From positions 8,252 through 72,251 of the forward strand of contig JBARXP010000084.1 in the NCBI GenBank assembly GCA_049647405.1: a stretch of DNA of 64,000 nt, written 5' to 3'. Shown piece by piece: positions 63,183 through 64,000 of this stretch. Positions within the stretch are counted from its first letter, which is position 1. Each line of letters starts with the position of its first letter. Both the position numbers and the translations under genes were made by a program. The stretch comes from Elainellaceae cyanobacterium. GTDB lineage: Bacteria; Cyanobacteriota; Cyanobacteriia; CAKZMO01. The notes below the pieces were generated by a model. The model was given only the letters and a program-made list of their open reading frames with translations, was not told the origin of the DNA and did not search any database.

Positions 63183-63566
63183 GGGGCTGTAACGGTTTCG
63201 ACGTTTTGGCGAAAGCTACTTAGTGATTCAGGCCGAGAGTGAGTCTACTCTCGTTAAACAAGGCTCAAACAAATGTAAGTGCGAACAACATCGTACCTTT
63301 CGCTCGCAAAGCTGCACCTGCTGTTGCTTAAAAAGGTTTAACACCGCGAGCGTCCATAGTTCGACTCCGTTAAGGATTATGGACTTAACCCCAACGGATG
63401 CTCTAGCCGATTGCTTCTGGTCAACGGTTAGCTAAGACTTTACTAGAGAGCCCTACCACTTGGGTTAATAAGTGGCTCCCGCCTTGAGGATTAGATAGGC
63501 TAAGCCTGTGAATGAGTTGAGTATTAATACCCAGAGCGGACACGGGTTCGACTCCCGTCAGCTCCA
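63183..63566 (+). ncRNA. ssrA: tmRNA (transfer-messenger RNA)
   Basis: 5' GGGGCUGUAACGGUUUCGACG pairs with 3' ...GGGUUCGACUCCCGUCAGCUCCA, giving an acceptor stem with a G3-U pair and a T-arm. The tag ORF at 63281-63331 (GCG AAC AAC ATC ... TAA) encodes ANNIVPFARKAAPAVA. Only the first C of CCA is encoded. Confidence 0.95.
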
Positions 63567-63737
63567 CTTTTAATGATTCGTCTCCGCGACAAGAGCATCA
63601 CTGCATCGCCTTCTGTGCATCCCAGTGAGGGGTGAAGTTTCTTGTAGATTTCCTGTATTGAATAGGTTGACTCACAAAACTCTGCCCTGAGGCTGTTGCA
63701 ACGGTGGCTCTGTAAGTCTATCTCTGTGATCATCCAT

Positions 63738-63761
63738 TTCTTAATCAAGTTCTTAATCAAG
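63738..63761. repeat. Perfect 12-bp tandem duplication (ttcttaatcaag x2)
   Basis: 63738-63749 equals 63750-63761. Confidence 0.75.
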
Positions 63762-63909
63762 GATGAGTTCACCCTTCTACCGGGTACAAGAAGGTTCTTC
63801 TTGACGAAAACTCTTTGTTCAATGATTATCAAGCCAGAGCATAACTGATATCGATTATGCCAGGTGGCGGGTTGTCCCCTATTAACCTTCGTAGACGGTT
63901 TATAGACCC

Positions 63910-64000
63910 ATGAGCTTACTCGGAAATATAATTTGGCTAGTTTTTGGCGGGTTCTTCACAGGAATCGGCTACATTTTTGGCGGAGCTTTAGTCTGCTTGA
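63910..64000 (+). CDS. YccF-domain inner-membrane protein (5' end only)
   Basis: Own translation MSLLGNIIWLVFGGFFTGIGYIFGGALVCL... resembles the YccF N-terminus (N..W...GG......W). It runs off the window end. Confidence 0.55.
   Translation, partial: MSLLGNIIWLVFGGFFTGIGYIFGGALVCL

Noticed and set aside
63524-63832. 102-aa minus-strand ORF considered as an intact gene
   Set aside because: Its 3' end overlaps the tmRNA T-arm and acceptor stem. At best it contains a decayed integrase-like remnant (reported as a low-confidence finding).

Overview
The window is a cyanobacterial chromosomal segment. The HIP1 octamer GCGATCGC is extremely frequent: I counted 10 in the first 3.4 kb, against about 1 expected by chance in the whole window. 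Lineage-typical genes are present (cp12, cyAbrB, chlD, nrtABCD/narB, an RRM-type rbp next to rpsU, Uma2). Gene content is mostly core and coding density is high.

Main blocks, in order:
- KirBac K+ channel, membrane TPR protein and M50 site-2 protease, co-directional
- rpmF, surE, an efflux adaptor, a CPBP protease and pepP
- tsaE, cp12, ribBA, argC and a GH3-family protein
- a complete nitrate-assimilation cluster in the unusual order nirA-nrtB-nrtA-nrtC-nrtD-narB-narM, with a perfect NtcA box far upstream
- rpsU and rbp, then a REC-PAS-GAF hybrid histidine kinase
- an IMPase-family gene, glgA and a DUF2470 gene
- a calcium block: PacL-type P-type ATPase divergent from a CaCA antiporter, which is start/stop-coupled to a phosphoribosyltransferase
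- EVE-domain protein and HtrA protease
- chlD, an orphan NrtB-like permease and an isochorismatase-family gene
- cyAbrB, an IS5-family transposase remnant, tag and a csaA-like gene
- a 1359-aa CBS-GAF-PAS4-GAF kinase and uvrC
- a 702-aa pRiA4b-ORF3/MM3350-domain protein, a Uma2 endonuclease and a signal-less S8 peptidase
- an EcfA-EcfT pair, tmRNA (ssrA), and the start of a yccF-like gene

I found no rRNA, tRNA or CRISPR array. I found no convincing complete novel multi-gene system.

The observations most worth a second look:
1. A G9 homopolymer sits exactly at the M50/TPR ORF junction, and a one-base slip would fuse the two genes.
2. The nir/nrt regulatory region is far upstream and nrtB and nrtA are swapped.
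3. There are two families of structured inverted-repeat (MITE-like) elements.
4. The Ca-ATPase carries an in-frame 15-nt x4 repeat.
5. Short perfect tandem duplications recur in intergenic spacers.
6. A decayed integrase-like remnant lies downstream of ssrA.

All calls come from reading the sequence and the ORF translations by eye. No database search was run.
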